A stretch of 64,000 nt of DNA from an uncultured virus (IMG/VR IMGVR_UViG_3300050131_000019) (taxonomy: Duplodnaviria; Heunggongvirae; Uroviricota; Caudoviricetes): IMG/VR virus record IMGVR_UViG_3300050131_000019, positions 1 through 64,000 of that record; one strand, 5' to 3'. Shown piece by piece: positions 18,048 through 28,900 of the stretch (position 1 is the first letter of the stretch; each line of letters opens with the position of its first letter). The translations under genes and the position numbers were made by a program. The notes under the pieces were generated by a model. The model did no database searches and had not been told where the DNA came from. It saw only the letters and a list, made by a program, of their open reading frames with translations.

Positions 18048-18581
18048 TTAGAAAGAGTAGTCTTCTGCCTCTGTGCGGGTGAGGAAGAAATGAATTCCGG
18101 AACCACATACTGTCCAACGGTTTTCATTCCAGCCGTTGAGCGGCACTACCGTCTCTCCTTTTCGGTAGGTAATAACCCCGTACTTTCCCCCGCTTTTCGC
18201 TTCTTCGGCCCCCACCACTTCGAGGACTACTGCTTTAGAGCACCGGCACTTGCGCCCCGCCCCGTGGCTTCTCTTAGCGTCTTCTGTGATGAGGAGTTTT
18301 ACCAGAATACCGCCGCTACATTTCTTCCACCCCACGAAAGACCCCTCTTCCGGAAGGAACTGTATCTGTGCTACAGCCCTTTCTGCGTTTTCGGCTCCGG
18401 ACAGGTCGGCTCCGTACAGGTTGGCTCCGTACAGGTTGGCTCCGGACAGGTTGGCTCCGGACAGGTAGGCTCCGTACAGGTTGGCTTTTGCTGCCATCGC
18501 CGCAACAACCAATTCGGTAATTGTCTTAGCGGCCTCAAGAGTAAACAAGACCGCTCCATAAACGTTTTTCAGTTCCATCAC
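18048..18581 (-). CDS. Pentapeptide-repeat protein with DUF5758-like C-terminal domain
   Basis: A(N/D)L(Y/S)G repeats, then GWKK..RKCRCSKA..CGSGIHFF. Confidence 0.88.
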   Translation of the reverse strand: MMELKNVYGAVLFTLEAAKTITELVVAAMAAKANLYGAYLSGANLSGANLYGANLYGADLSGAENAERAVAQIQFLPEEGSFVGWKKCSGGILVKLLITEDAKRSHGAGRKCRCSKAVVLEVVGAEEAKSGGKYGVITYRKGETVVPLNGWNENRWTVCGSGIHFFLTRTEAEDYSF

Positions 18582-18837
18582 ATCTCCTTTACCGTGCTAA
18601 CAAAGCCGCCCATTCGTCCGTATGGAATTTAACCACACGAGCCTGTAAGAACGTTCCGCAGAACTCCAAGGCTGCGGCATGAGTCTTAAAATCTGCCGCG
18701 CTACCGTAGAGGTTACGGGCTTCCACGTACCCACCGTCTTTGTAGATGAGTACACTGTATTCCCCGGAAGTAAATCCGGTGCTAAGGTTGTGCTGTCCTG
18801 CTAACGGTGTTTCTTGCATAAATCCTCCGATGTTCAA

Positions 18838-18903
18838 AGCATTTCTGAAACTTTCGTTGTTGTCAAATCCGTTTATTTTCAACGGCTTGCAGCGTTTTCC
18901 ACA
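18838..18903 (-). promoter_or_regulatory. Early promoter with IHF-like and DnaA-box-like element
   Basis: TTGACA at 18866-18861 with a weak -10. TTTTCAACGGCTTGCAGCGTTTTCCACA at 18876-18903. Confidence 0.55.
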
Positions 18904-19172
18904 GCCCAACGGGGAATATCTCCAACGGTTCCAATCTTCTTCCATACAGGCTGATTTGTCACCCGGCTACCTCACTCTCTCATTACAGCGGTTGTAGATT
19001 GGTTCGGAGGCATCCACATACTTCTGGATGGCGGGGGAATACTTCGGCTCCGCCAAGAAGTTTAAGATACGCTGTGCGAAATGCCCTGCGTCTGTTTCCC
19101 CGTCGAGCCACAGGCTAGTTCCATCTTCCCGGACGATCTCAGCACAATTGTAATTGAGGCTTATTGTTCCCT

Positions 19173-19490
19173 TCATACTTCCTCCTCATAGTCCAAGTAG
19201 TCCAGATCGTCCCAATAGTCTTTCTCTTGCATCTCCTGATAGTCGCGGCACTCTTTGGTATGAGTGTAAGTCCCGAAGACGTACTCCGGGTCAAACCACA
19301 TACCGGATACCCAAGCATCCTCGCCTTGAATAGTCAACAGTAGATGCTGGTCGTGTCCCGCGCACCCTGGGCAAGAAGAGTATCGCCAGTCCCGCACGGT
19401 AAAAGTCTCTGTTGTGCCGTGTATTGACATGGAGAACCAGCGGTCTCTGTCATTACATACGGTAACCTTGTCTCCGATTCGGAACGTCAT
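19173..19490 (-). CDS. Hypothetical protein
   Basis: SD GGAGGAG, packed ORF. Confidence 0.7.
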   Translation of the reverse strand: MTFRIGDKVTVCNDRDRWFSMSIHGTTETFTVRDWRYSSCPGCAGHDQHLLLTIQGEDAWVSGMWFDPEYVFGTYTHTKECRDYQEMQEKDYWDDLDYLDYEEEV

Positions 19491-20034
19491 ATCTCCTCCA
19501 CTCCTTCAATTCTGTCCGGCATAGCATTGCTGTGCATTGCGTAGCCGACACCATACTTGGCCACATATTCTACAGCCGCGCTACCACTTACCGCGCTTAT
19601 CCTGATAGTCTCAGAAAATCCCCGGTAAGAGTAGAACACCCGGTAGTCTTTCACTTGGCCTCCTGTAAGAAGTTTAGTATGGCCTGGGCGTACTCGGCGG
19701 CATCATACATCCGGGTCTCTTCCCCGATCTGGTCATTACCCTTCCATCGCATGAAAGAGTTCCTCCAGCTAGAGAGGGATAACTCTACCCCATCCTCTCT
19801 CATTACCGACACGGAAGCTACGCCACTTCCTTCGTGTACTATCATTGTCCCTGTCATAATTCCTCCAACAATCTGCGGATAAATTCAACGGTATCCTTTT
19901 TCCGTTTGTCCAGAGCACACTCAGTGTACCTCGAACAACCTTGTGTAGTCAACTGGTCGGCCACCAAACTCCCTTGCACGTTGGCTAGCCGAAGGAATAA
20001 GTACAATCTCCTTGTGGCACAGGGAGCATGTCAT

Positions 20035-20301
20035 TTACAGCCCCCTATAACCATACCCCAACTTCTGTGAGGTATGATAGACCATTTCCTTGAGGTTGGT
20101 GATCTTGGCGGACTCCTCAGCGATTATCTCTGAGGTAATAGTTACTAGTTGGTCGAGCAGGAGGGTATGTTCCCCCACCACCAGAGACTTTTGGTACCCC
20201 TTGAATCTGAATGTGGCGGACTCAAGCAATGAGTTATGGCGTGCAATCGCTTCCTCATACCGTGCGATTGCTCCTATGCGCTTTGCTTTCTTCGTCTGCA
20301 T
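20035..20301 (-). CDS. Hypothetical protein, first gene of the main leftward operon
   Basis: SD AAGGAG and ATG at 20301, with TTGCAA..TATGGT upstream. Confidence 0.6.
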   Translation of the reverse strand: MQTKKAKRIGAIARYEEAIARHNSLLESATFRFKGYQKSLVVGEHTLLLDQLVTITSEIIAEESAKITNLKEMVYHTSQKLGYGYRGL

Positions 20302-20993
20302 TGTAGCTCCTTGCCGTGTTGGTCGCGGCGATGTTTTGACCATAGGCGCAACGATTTTTTTTTGCAAGCCCCATTTTGTGGAAAACGCTGCAAGTTATTG
20401 AAAACGAAGCGAAAATAAAGTTCAAAATTGTGGGAAACTATTTTTAGCAACCTGTGGAAAACCGCTTTGGCCCAAAAATTGCTCGCGTGCGATAATAGAC
20501 CGGCCAACCAAACAACGTACTCCTTACCACACTACCACTCAAGGATGCGCGTGCGGGCGCGTAGGACGCGATAATAGGCACTATGCGCGATACTCTTCCC
20601 CAATTATTCCGTTTTCCGGAATATCACGCGGCACGATTCCACGTTCTGATTAAAAAAAGGGAGTGTAGCAGACTGGTAAGGTGCTGGTAAACTACTGATA
20701 GCAGACAAGTTGCGGCATGATTCACTGATCTTATCCCCGCTACCGAGTGTATTAGGCCGGTCAAGGTATGATACGTGCTATGGTGGAGTACAGGGAAGGA
20801 TCGTTTTCGCCTGATTTTCGCTTTGACGCTTTACTAACGATTTATAGGCTTATGGCGCGATAGTTCGGATTTTTGACTAGGGTATATGCTTAGACTCGCC
20901 AGCACGCTGGATAAACCGTTATGCTAACGCGGGGATCACCGTTGCACGCGCCCATGCGCTACACTTTTACAGGTTTTCAAGATATTTTGGCGC

Positions 20994-21021
20994 AAGAAAA
21001 ACCCCATCCGAGGATGGGGTT
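20994..21021 (-). terminator. Intrinsic terminator
   Basis: AACCCCATCC-TC-GGATGGGGTT followed by TTTCTT on the minus strand, after ORF 21042..21314. Confidence 0.75.
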
Positions 21022-21922
21022 CAATCTTTACAGCGAATTGACTATGCGCAAGCTTTACAGTGACAACCTAGTACAGGGGATGTGACATGAGCGAATGCAA
21101 GCTGCGAGGCGACACGCGAACGGTGGGCAAGTAGCTGGGCCTTGCTCTGGTATTCCGTGCGTGACACGCTACCATCGGACCGCGCTGTGACGCTGTAATA
21201 TGCAGGCATAGACCGCACAGCTTGTACAGGCCGGGATGGTACGTGGAAGTGCACGCTCGGGGCGTGAGGGCCAAACGTAGCAGGATGGGGCTGTATGATG
21301 CGCGTCTGAATCATAGCGAAGCCTTTCCATACAGGATAACTTCGAGAGTTTCAGACAGCACGGTATGTCCATTGCCGTCACCGTAGCCATAGGTCGTAAC
21401 GGCTATTACATTACCGTCACGCTCCGCTATCTTGACAGATAGCACGTCAAGAAAAAAATCGAGGTCAAGGTCTTGTGTTTCCATACACACTCCAAAAGCA
21501 AACCCCGCACCCATCAAGGGATACAGGGTTTTCGGCTTAGATAAAATGCCCCCGTACAGTCTCACAGACCCTACAAAGGCATTTTACCGTTTTGTTGTGT
21601 TCCGCGAATATGGCCCTTACATCTTTTGCGGCTAATCCGCTCCATTTTGCCGCAAGATTCCAGCACCGTGTCACGGTAGCACGCTGGTTTGAGTGGACTG
21701 GTAGACGCTATTGGATACCGCTACCAGTTCTGCAATATCCAAAGCGATTGAAACGGGCACGCTGTCCGATACCTGTACGGTGCGCCGTTCGGACAATTGT
21801 CCGATACGATTGACGATTACTTGGATGGTCATAAGACTCCAATGGGCTTGGATTGAATGGGCTTGTAACCATTCCGCCGCATTAACAGGGTAGCCGTTTA
21901 GCTTGCCCTGCTACTCTGCGAG

Positions 21923-22306
21923 TTACTTTACGACCGGGAGTGAAGCGAGATACTGCGCCGCCTTGACGCGCAAGTCGTTCGCCGGAACGATCTTTCCGTT
22001 TGGTGTTCCATCATCCTTGAGCAAGGGCTGTGCCGCGACAATCGCATCGGCGTTATCCCGAATGTAGGTAACAACCGTAGGGATAAAGGCGGCGATCTCA
22101 AGCCATTGACCCGGATACGCTGAAATGGGGAACTGCCCATTCACGCCATACAAGCCAACCGTGCCTCCCTTGACAGCCTTATGTGTGGCATCCGCCGCGC
22201 GGGGCGAGGAGTGTTTCACTGTGAGCTTGGTTGCCTTTGCTGCGGACTGCGCAACAATCTGCGCTTTCAAAGCTGCAATCTGTGTTTCCATTTCTTGCAT
22301 GGTCAT
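21923..22306 (-). CDS. Hypothetical protein
   Basis: KGGTVGLYGVNGQFPISAYPGQW motif, Ala-rich N-terminal helix. Confidence 0.75.
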   Translation of the reverse strand: MTMQEMETQIAALKAQIVAQSAAKATKLTVKHSSPRAADATHKAVKGGTVGLYGVNGQFPISAYPGQWLEIAAFIPTVVTYIRDNADAIVAAQPLLKDDGTPNGKIVPANDLRVKAAQYLASLPVVK

Positions 22307-23088
22307 AATACACTCGTTTTCCGCGCCATAAGCGCTTGTGATTGAATACCTTACAGGGTATTGTCTGCACTCACCTTAGTTTACAGGTCGTCCGGTGTTG
22401 GCTGGTCCATACCGTGAGGCTGTTTCATTGTGCTGCCTCAATTCCTTACGCCTTCCCTATAGCAATGCAGATGCCAAACTATCGACCGCTCAAAACAAAA
22501 GACTTAGCTGGTAACGTAACTAGTAACATAATGTAAGCTTTACTCGATTGCTGTATACATTTTACAATTTGAGTGTAAAGATTGCCGATGGTCAAATTAT
22601 ACATAGTCTATATGCTTGCAATGCCATACAGTTTGCATTGATCGTTCTATCCTATTGATTGCATTAGACTTACAGATTATGGAAAACTCTTCAATATGAG
22701 GGGCAATAGCACCTGCAAGTGCTTGATTCTATTGGTTTTAGGCCCAATATGCAACCTTTTAGTTGTGTTTTCACTTCTTTCCCCAGTATTTCGTAAACTG
22801 TATTGATTGCAAACGATTTAGCTCAGATAATCCCGCAACGTTGCAAGCAAGTGACCCAATGTAGAGTGGTCGAGAGTCAAATAGTCGAGAGTCTAAGTCT
22901 ATCTGGGCCTGATACTAGCCTAGTCGTTGTCTATTCTTGCTATGTGTAGAGTATAGGGCGCTCTTTAAGTCTATTGTTGTCTATGACATACCTATTCCCC
23001 TAGTAGGGTAGGGTGGGAAGCCCCCTTGACCACCTGCATGACGCCTGAACCTGACTAGCAGAAATCACCATTTATTTCAACGGTTTAC

Positions 23089-23117
23089 TTGACACGGCTC
23101 TTCGCTTGTGATACAAT
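23089..23117 (+). promoter_or_regulatory. Main rightward sigma70-like promoter
   Basis: TTGACA-17-TACAAT with extended TG. IHF-like TTTCAACGGTTTA immediately upstream. Confidence 0.75.
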
Positions 23118-23277
23118 GTATTCAGGGTCGAAGAAACCCAATTTCCCAAATAGGGGTACCGGGATGACCAAATTTAAGGTACCATCCCCCGAATGTAATA
23201 CACGTAATATGGAATCTCAGGATTAAGACAGTATTAAGACCATATCGGTAATACACGTAATACAAGGATTGGAATTC

Positions 23278-24051
23278 ATGGCAAAGAGCGAGACAGGATT
23301 TATCTACTTTATTCGTACAGAATCTTCGGACAGGGTTAAGATAGGATATACCGAGGGAAGTCCTAAGAGACGGTTGATCGAACTGTGTATAGGTTCTTCA
23401 GATAACTTAGTACTTGAGGGTGGTATACCCGACGGAACCTTCGGGCATTCGGAAAGGTCGCTACATAAGTTTTTTGAGGAGTTTCATATAAGAGGAGAGT
23501 GGTTCCGAAGGGAAGGAAATCTAGCACTGTTTATTGATAAGTGCGTGGAAGGGGATTTAGTATTAGCAGAAAAGCTATCGACGCCTGTCCCTATTCTAGA
23601 GACATTGAACCAAACAAAATTCAGTACTTTAAAATCCTTTAGAATCCCAAATGACCTTGTCGAAAGAATGGAAAGGCAGGTAGAGAACACCGGGGAGACC
23701 GCTAGCAAGATTATCGTAGACTCCTTATATCAGTACTTCGATAATTCTGATAAGGAGGGAAGATACGAGGCCCTTAATTCTAAAGCACCTGAGCCTTCAC
23801 TTACTCTGGAGGGTATCCGGAGCATATTTGAGGAGTATCTATCTCCGAGACAGACCAAGACAAAGCCTTTTAAGGCTATCCCGGAGATTGGGGTCGTGGA
23901 AGATCAGTCTGAATCCGTTCCGGTCAGCATTCCGGCTGGACTAAGAAATATTCAAAGTCAACAACATTCTGCTCGGTGCGCGTGCTTTATCTGTAAGCCG
24001 CCCAAGGATGCGGTGGCCGAGCCTAAGAAAAAGAAGTGGGGGAAGAAATGA
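23278..24051 (+). CDS. T5orf172/GIY-YIG-like domain protein with a ribbon-helix-helix-like central segment
   Basis: FIYFIR..RVKIGYT..RRL..ERSLH..RGEWF, then KSFRIPNDLVERME. Confidence 0.75.
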   Translation: MAKSETGFIYFIRTESSDRVKIGYTEGSPKRRLIELCIGSSDNLVLEGGIPDGTFGHSERSLHKFFEEFHIRGEWFRREGNLALFIDKCVEGDLVLAEKLSTPVPILETLNQTKFSTLKSFRIPNDLVERMERQVENTGETASKIIVDSLYQYFDNSDKEGRYEALNSKAPEPSLTLEGIRSIFEEYLSPRQTKTKPFKAIPEIGVVEDQSESVPVSIPAGLRNIQSQQHSARCACFICKPPKDAVAEPKKKKWGKK

Positions 24052-24824
24052 CAGAGAAAAAGTTGACTCTTTTGGAAATCGAGATGTTAGAAGCCCTAAT
24101 TGAGGTTCTTCACGCATACGCGGATTATGGAAAAGCGGCACTCAGAGATAGCGACGAGTATACCTCCCTTACTGCGGTACGTCGGGCTATCCGAAATGCG
24201 AGGGGGAAGAAATGAGCAAGTACCTTATACCTGACGGGATGCTCCAAGCTGGAAGAGGAGCGTATGACGCCTACGTGACAGCCGAAGAAGGTTCTCTCCG
24301 GATTCTAGAAGCTGGGGCAAAATGGTTGTCCGAAAATCCTATCGTGCCTACTCCCGAGCAGCTTCAAAGCATCGCAGATAAGAATAATCGGGGTAAGAGC
24401 TATCCCGAAGCTATTGAGATGTATGTGATCGGATTTCAGAAGATCATGCTCCTTAAGGCCGAGCCGGAGATGATCGGGGAAGAAACGGTCGGCCAGTTCT
24501 GCGCCCGTCATCAAACCATCGGTAAGGCTGTGATCGAAGCTTACCGGAGAGGAAAGGAATCCAAATGAAGTATGCACCCGAAGAACACCGGCAGATGCAG
24601 GAAGCCCTCCGAATGCACGAAGGGAAGATCGTAGATACCGTCGTCCTAGATGCAGACGGCGAAGGAACAAAGTTCACCTTCTTTGGCGGGGGAACGTACT
24701 GGCATAGGAATGCTTTTACTGAGGCCGAGCAGCGGCTATACCGAGCGGAGGAAATTATCCGAAATATCCTACACGATGTTTCTGGAAGCTATGTAGCCGC
24801 CGAAGAATTTCTAGAGGAGGCTGA

Positions 24825-25019
24825 GTGAGTATCCAGACCTTTGAATGTCCCAAGTGCGGGCACCGGCTAGAAAAGATCATCCGGAATTCGGAAAATGCCA
24901 TTACAGTTACCAGAGTCTATTGTCCGGAATGTATCGCCCGGCTCCAGTTGGAAGAGATGAAACAAGTTCTGAGTGTCCCATCCCCGGCCATCTGGAATTG
25001 TTCTAAGGGGTCTCTATGA
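24825..25019 (+). CDS. FmdB-like zinc-ribbon protein
   Basis: FECPKCGH..CPEC..S.P. Confidence 0.65.
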   Translation: MSIQTFECPKCGHRLEKIIRNSENAITVTRVYCPECIARLQLEEMKQVLSVPSPAIWNCSKGSL

Positions 25020-25390
25020 ATTGCCCCAGATGCTGGACCGATCTCGGTAATGATCCTAACCGTCCGCACTATGAGCCGGGGATTGATTATGTTCCTTGCG
25101 AACCGTCCCCCGAGGAGCAGGCATTTAAGAGGGAACTGGACTACCGGATGTGGCTAGTTTCGGAAGCTGTACGGGATATTGAGAGGGGGCTTAAAAAATG
25201 AATTGTCCGGATTGTGGACGGGACCTAGAAAAGATTCCGGAGCAGTACCGGGATTTTGTACACTCTATCCCCGGAAAATCGGACTGGTGCTTGCCTCCTG
25301 AAAAGTTCTCTCCGGAAGCAGAAGCTGCTCTAGATAAGCAGGCGGAAGCGTTAACAAAACAATTTCGTAAGACCCTAGAGGAGGTACTAA

Positions 25391-25708
25391 ATGGTAACAT
25401 GGTCATATCGTTGGGATGAATCGAAGAAAGGATGGACCCTTCATCGTAGGGTTGACCAGAAATATCTGGCCCGGACAGGATTTACTTGGCGCGGGCCGAG
25501 TTTGTGGTATAATAAACCTATTGGGCCAATCACCCAGTTTAACCACATTCTTAGAGAGACGTTGTTGACGAACTACTATTCAAATTCCTTTTTTAGTAAG
25601 TCACCGTTTCTTGGCGGGATGAGGATGTGTCTTCCAGTTCATTCGGGAAAGACGATCCAGTTCTTTACCTACGGCCTGAAGGAGAAAAATGAAACCCACA
25701 GTTCCTGA
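25391..25708 (+). CDS. Small protein containing a segment homologous to the capsid N-terminus
   Basis: SPFLG..LPVHSGKTIQFFTY versus capsid TPFLG..LPRHSGNVIQFFSY. Confidence 0.7.
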   Translation: MVTWSYRWDESKKGWTLHRRVDQKYLARTGFTWRGPSLWYNKPIGPITQFNHILRETLLTNYYSNSFFSKSPFLGGMRMCLPVHSGKTIQFFTYGLKEKNETHSS

Positions 25709-26749
25709 AGTTCTACCGCTTGTCTGGGACCTATATGATAGAAGTCTGGACGGGTGCTGCCTGCATATCGTTCTGGACGACGGAAACGTAGATGATGCTT
25801 CTGTAAAGTTCTGTATGCGATACGCAGAGGAGATGGTCCACTGGGAGTGCCTATGTCTAGCTGAAACTTTGCTGCACATGAGTAAAACCCAAAGGACTCA
25901 GCTATCTAGCCGAGCCTACGAAAGGCAGCATCTGAGATACCACGGAGGAGCCTAATGGAAGAAACACGAAACAGTAAGCACTGGCTGGTAAGCCCACCAC
26001 CGCCCGGAATCCTGATCTCGGTGTTTGATACTCGGGATAATCGCGGGTGGCGCGTCATGTATCCGGAAGAAATTTCAGCCCGCCTCCCGGAGTATCTTTA
26101 CTGGAGGGTCACTGGAGTAGGAGAAGAAATGGATCACCCAGCCGTGCCTAATGCCGCTGCGTACTATATTCTCAAGGTCAAGGACTACGGGGATGTGGTC
26201 TTCTACGGTACTGAAGTTGAGGCGGAAGACCTAAAGATGACTTGGGAACTCCGGAGCAAGAGTAGCGTCTTCCTCAAGAAGGCTACTAAGAGTGATCCTA
26301 AACACAAGAAGCTGGTATCGGACGAGATCGAAGCTATCCGGTTGGATCGGTCGTTTGGAATCCAGATTCCCCCGGTTCAGACAGATGGGTGGTTCTAATG
26401 CTTACTGAGGAAAGACTCAAAGAAATTTTGGATTACAAGGGCCGCAATCTTGGGGTGTTTCCCAAGTGTTGTCCTTGGTCGATAGCTACCTACAAAGAAA
26501 TACTGTCTCTTGCCCAAGAGGTCTTCTGCTGGAGAAACATACAGGATTGGGAAGAGAAGTACGGGGGAACTAAATGAAATTCGGTAAAAGTTTTCAAGAC
26601 GGGGTACTAGAGAATCTCCTCTTCCACCAAGAGCAGGACGCCGTGGCCCACAACAAGAAGTGGGATAGGATAGCTTTCTGGGGATTTATCTTTGCATGGG
26701 CTATGCTTTTTGCTGGGGTAATATGGAGCGATCTAGCAAGAGGAGTCTT

Positions 26750-27082
26750 ATGAGTCAGTTACTGTTTTCTTTAACTTCGAAGGACTTTGTGTTTCAGACT
26801 TTTTGTACCGGGGGTAATGGAGGCCAGCATCGTAATGCTAAGCAGAACGGGGTTCGGTGTATACATCCTCCTTCTGGAGCGAGGGCGGAGCATAGGGACG
26901 GTCGGGACCAGCCTAAGAATAGACAGGAGGCATTTCGGAAGTGCTGCGAAACTCCGGAGTTCAAGGCTTGGCACCGGACGGAAGTTTTTCGGCGTCTTGG
27001 CAAGACAAAAGATATAGAACGGATTGTAGATGAGCAGATGGACTCTAAAAACATAAAGGTGGAATACTATGAGTCTTTATAA
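26750..27082 (+). CDS. Stand-alone GGQ (RF-1 domain) peptidyl-tRNA hydrolase-like protein
   Basis: TGGNGGQHRN..GVRCIHPPSG..RDQPKNR. SD GAGGAG before ATG at 26750. Confidence 0.88.
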   Translation: MSQLLFSLTSKDFVFQTFCTGGNGGQHRNAKQNGVRCIHPPSGARAEHRDGRDQPKNRQEAFRKCCETPEFKAWHRTEVFRRLGKTKDIERIVDEQMDSKNIKVEYYESL

Positions 27083-27530
27083 AGAAGGCATACACATGAT
27101 GTTGCCAAGCGAGGACGAGTCTATCCGCAGGCAGGCCGCGCAGTATTTTCACTACATGTACGCGGATCAGGAGACTCTTACCTTCGGGCAGGCTATTGAA
27201 GCCTTGGTAATCCTCAACAAGGCTCTTACTGAACGGCTCAGAGCGTATGAGAAGGCGGAACTAGATCGGGCGATGCTCTCCGTTTCTCCCGTATACATCA
27301 CGGATGATCCACTCGCAAAAAGATGAATACTATAAAGCGACGTGTAACTCTAAGGGTTTGTATGTTTTGCGGGCACCGATGGCGGTACAAGAAATGCCTT
27401 CGGGTCCGGTGCCCGGAGTGCCGGAAGAACCAGACTGAAAAAATACAAAAAGTAAAAAAGATGACACCAGTTCCGGAAACTGGAAACCAGACGCTCGAAA
27501 ATATTCGAAAAGAATTTCTCCAGAAATACC

Positions 27531-27559
27531 TTGACAAGGATAAGGACTTGTGATATAAT
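27531..27559 (+). promoter_or_regulatory. Consensus sigma70 promoter
   Basis: TTGACA-17-TATAAT with extended TG. Confidence 0.8.
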
Positions 27560-28033
27560 GTACTTAGACTGGAAAAAAGGGATGATACTTCTAGTTCTCG
27601 GGATGGCTTCTGCACAGAGTTCCTTACCTCCTGAGACCTTTCAGTCTGAACTGTTTTTGTCCTCGGTACAATGTCATATCAGAGATGGCGTTGTCTATAA
27701 CTGTAGGTTGAACAAGGATAAGAAGCTAGACGACGCTGTACAAGAGCTATACGATCTATATCAATCGAGTCTAGACTCCGGGGATGGTCCAGACGAAAGT
27801 GCGCCCGAATGATTACCTGCCTTGAGTGCCTAACCCGAGAAGCCTGCCCCGGCTACAGCCACTGTAAGCAGTGTGAGGGCGCGGGTATTACAGGCGTCGT
27901 TCGGTTTGATACTACGGCGCTTTCCAGAGGACTTCGGGAGGAGTTTGATAAATTCGATAAGCGAATCTACGACCTTGAAGTAGCTCTTGGCCTACGTCAA
28001 GGCGTGAACAATAACGAGGGATAAAAGGAGAAT

Positions 28034-28279
28034 ATGAAATATTCAAGAGAACAATACGAGCGGGCAGCAAAGTACTATGATACCTATTTCTCTAGGGGTG
28101 GTTTTTATTCTGATCCGGATAGGTGGGTAAAACTGTATGAAGAGGTTGGAAACGGGAGAAGTACTGACACAGAATTACAAGCAAAACTATTCGTAGAAGG
28201 TCTATACGGAGGACCTGCTTTCTCTCTTGGACACAGTAACATTGCTCGTACTGCGACTGGACTGGGGCGGGTTTTATAA
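28034..28279 (+). CDS. Small protein ending in a portal-derived peptide
   Basis: GHSNIARTATG identical to the portal. SD AAGGAG. Confidence 0.7.
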   Translation: MKYSREQYERAAKYYDTYFSRGGFYSDPDRWVKLYEEVGNGRSTDTELQAKLFVEGLYGGPAFSLGHSNIARTATGLGRVL

Positions 28280-28504
28280 TTTCCAAATGAGGGATAAAAT
28301 GATATCTTGTGTTTTCAACTTTCCCCTACCCGAAACTCAAGAGGCTATCGACTTCTTGGTCGTTGAGACTCGTCATGCCGTTCAAAAAGCCCAAGTGGAC
28401 AACCCGGAGCTTCTAAAGCCCGGAGTGTTTTTTGTAACGATCTCCGCAGGAGATGTTGGTGTAACCACGGAGGAAGATAAATTTGAGTACCACCCGGAGG
28501 GATA

Positions 28505-28885
28505 GTGACTCAGGTAAGAGGGTTTAAGCCTTCGGCAAAGTACCAAAGGCTATACAATAGGTACAACAAATTGTACTTCTCGGGGGAGCTACCACCATGT
28601 ATAGTGGGTGCTGCGCCTTTGCTAAAGATTGAATACGTCGAGAACAAAGTTTTTGGAAAGTCTAAAAAAGTGTCAGGAGGGGAATATGCCTTGCTATGCT
28701 GGGAAGATGATCAGTCCTATATTATCCTAGATAAAGGAACTACTGTTTTTCATATAGTGATCGCAAAGCAGTCGGTTCTTCACGAGCAAATTCATCTATA
28801 CTTGGGAACACGAGGCCACGGTAAAGAATTCAAGGACCAGATCAGAAGGATCGCTGCTCTAGGCGCGTTGGATACCCTAATCTAG
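28505..28885 (+). CDS. SprT-like zinc metalloprotease
   Basis: YNKLYF..L, LHEQIH (HExxH), HGKEFK. Confidence 0.75.
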   Translation: MTQVRGFKPSAKYQRLYNRYNKLYFSGELPPCIVGAAPLLKIEYVENKVFGKSKKVSGGEYALLCWEDDQSYIILDKGTTVFHIVIAKQSVLHEQIHLYLGTRGHGKEFKDQIRRIAALGALDTLI

Positions 28886-28900
28886 AAGGAAAAGGAAACT

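Noticed and set aside
18393..18486. Tandem 15-bp repeats that could suggest a CRISPR array or VNTR
   Set aside because: No unique spacers. They encode the A(N/D)L(Y/S)G pentapeptide repeats of 18048..18581. The overlapping EPTC-repeat and QVGS-repeat ORFs are shadows.
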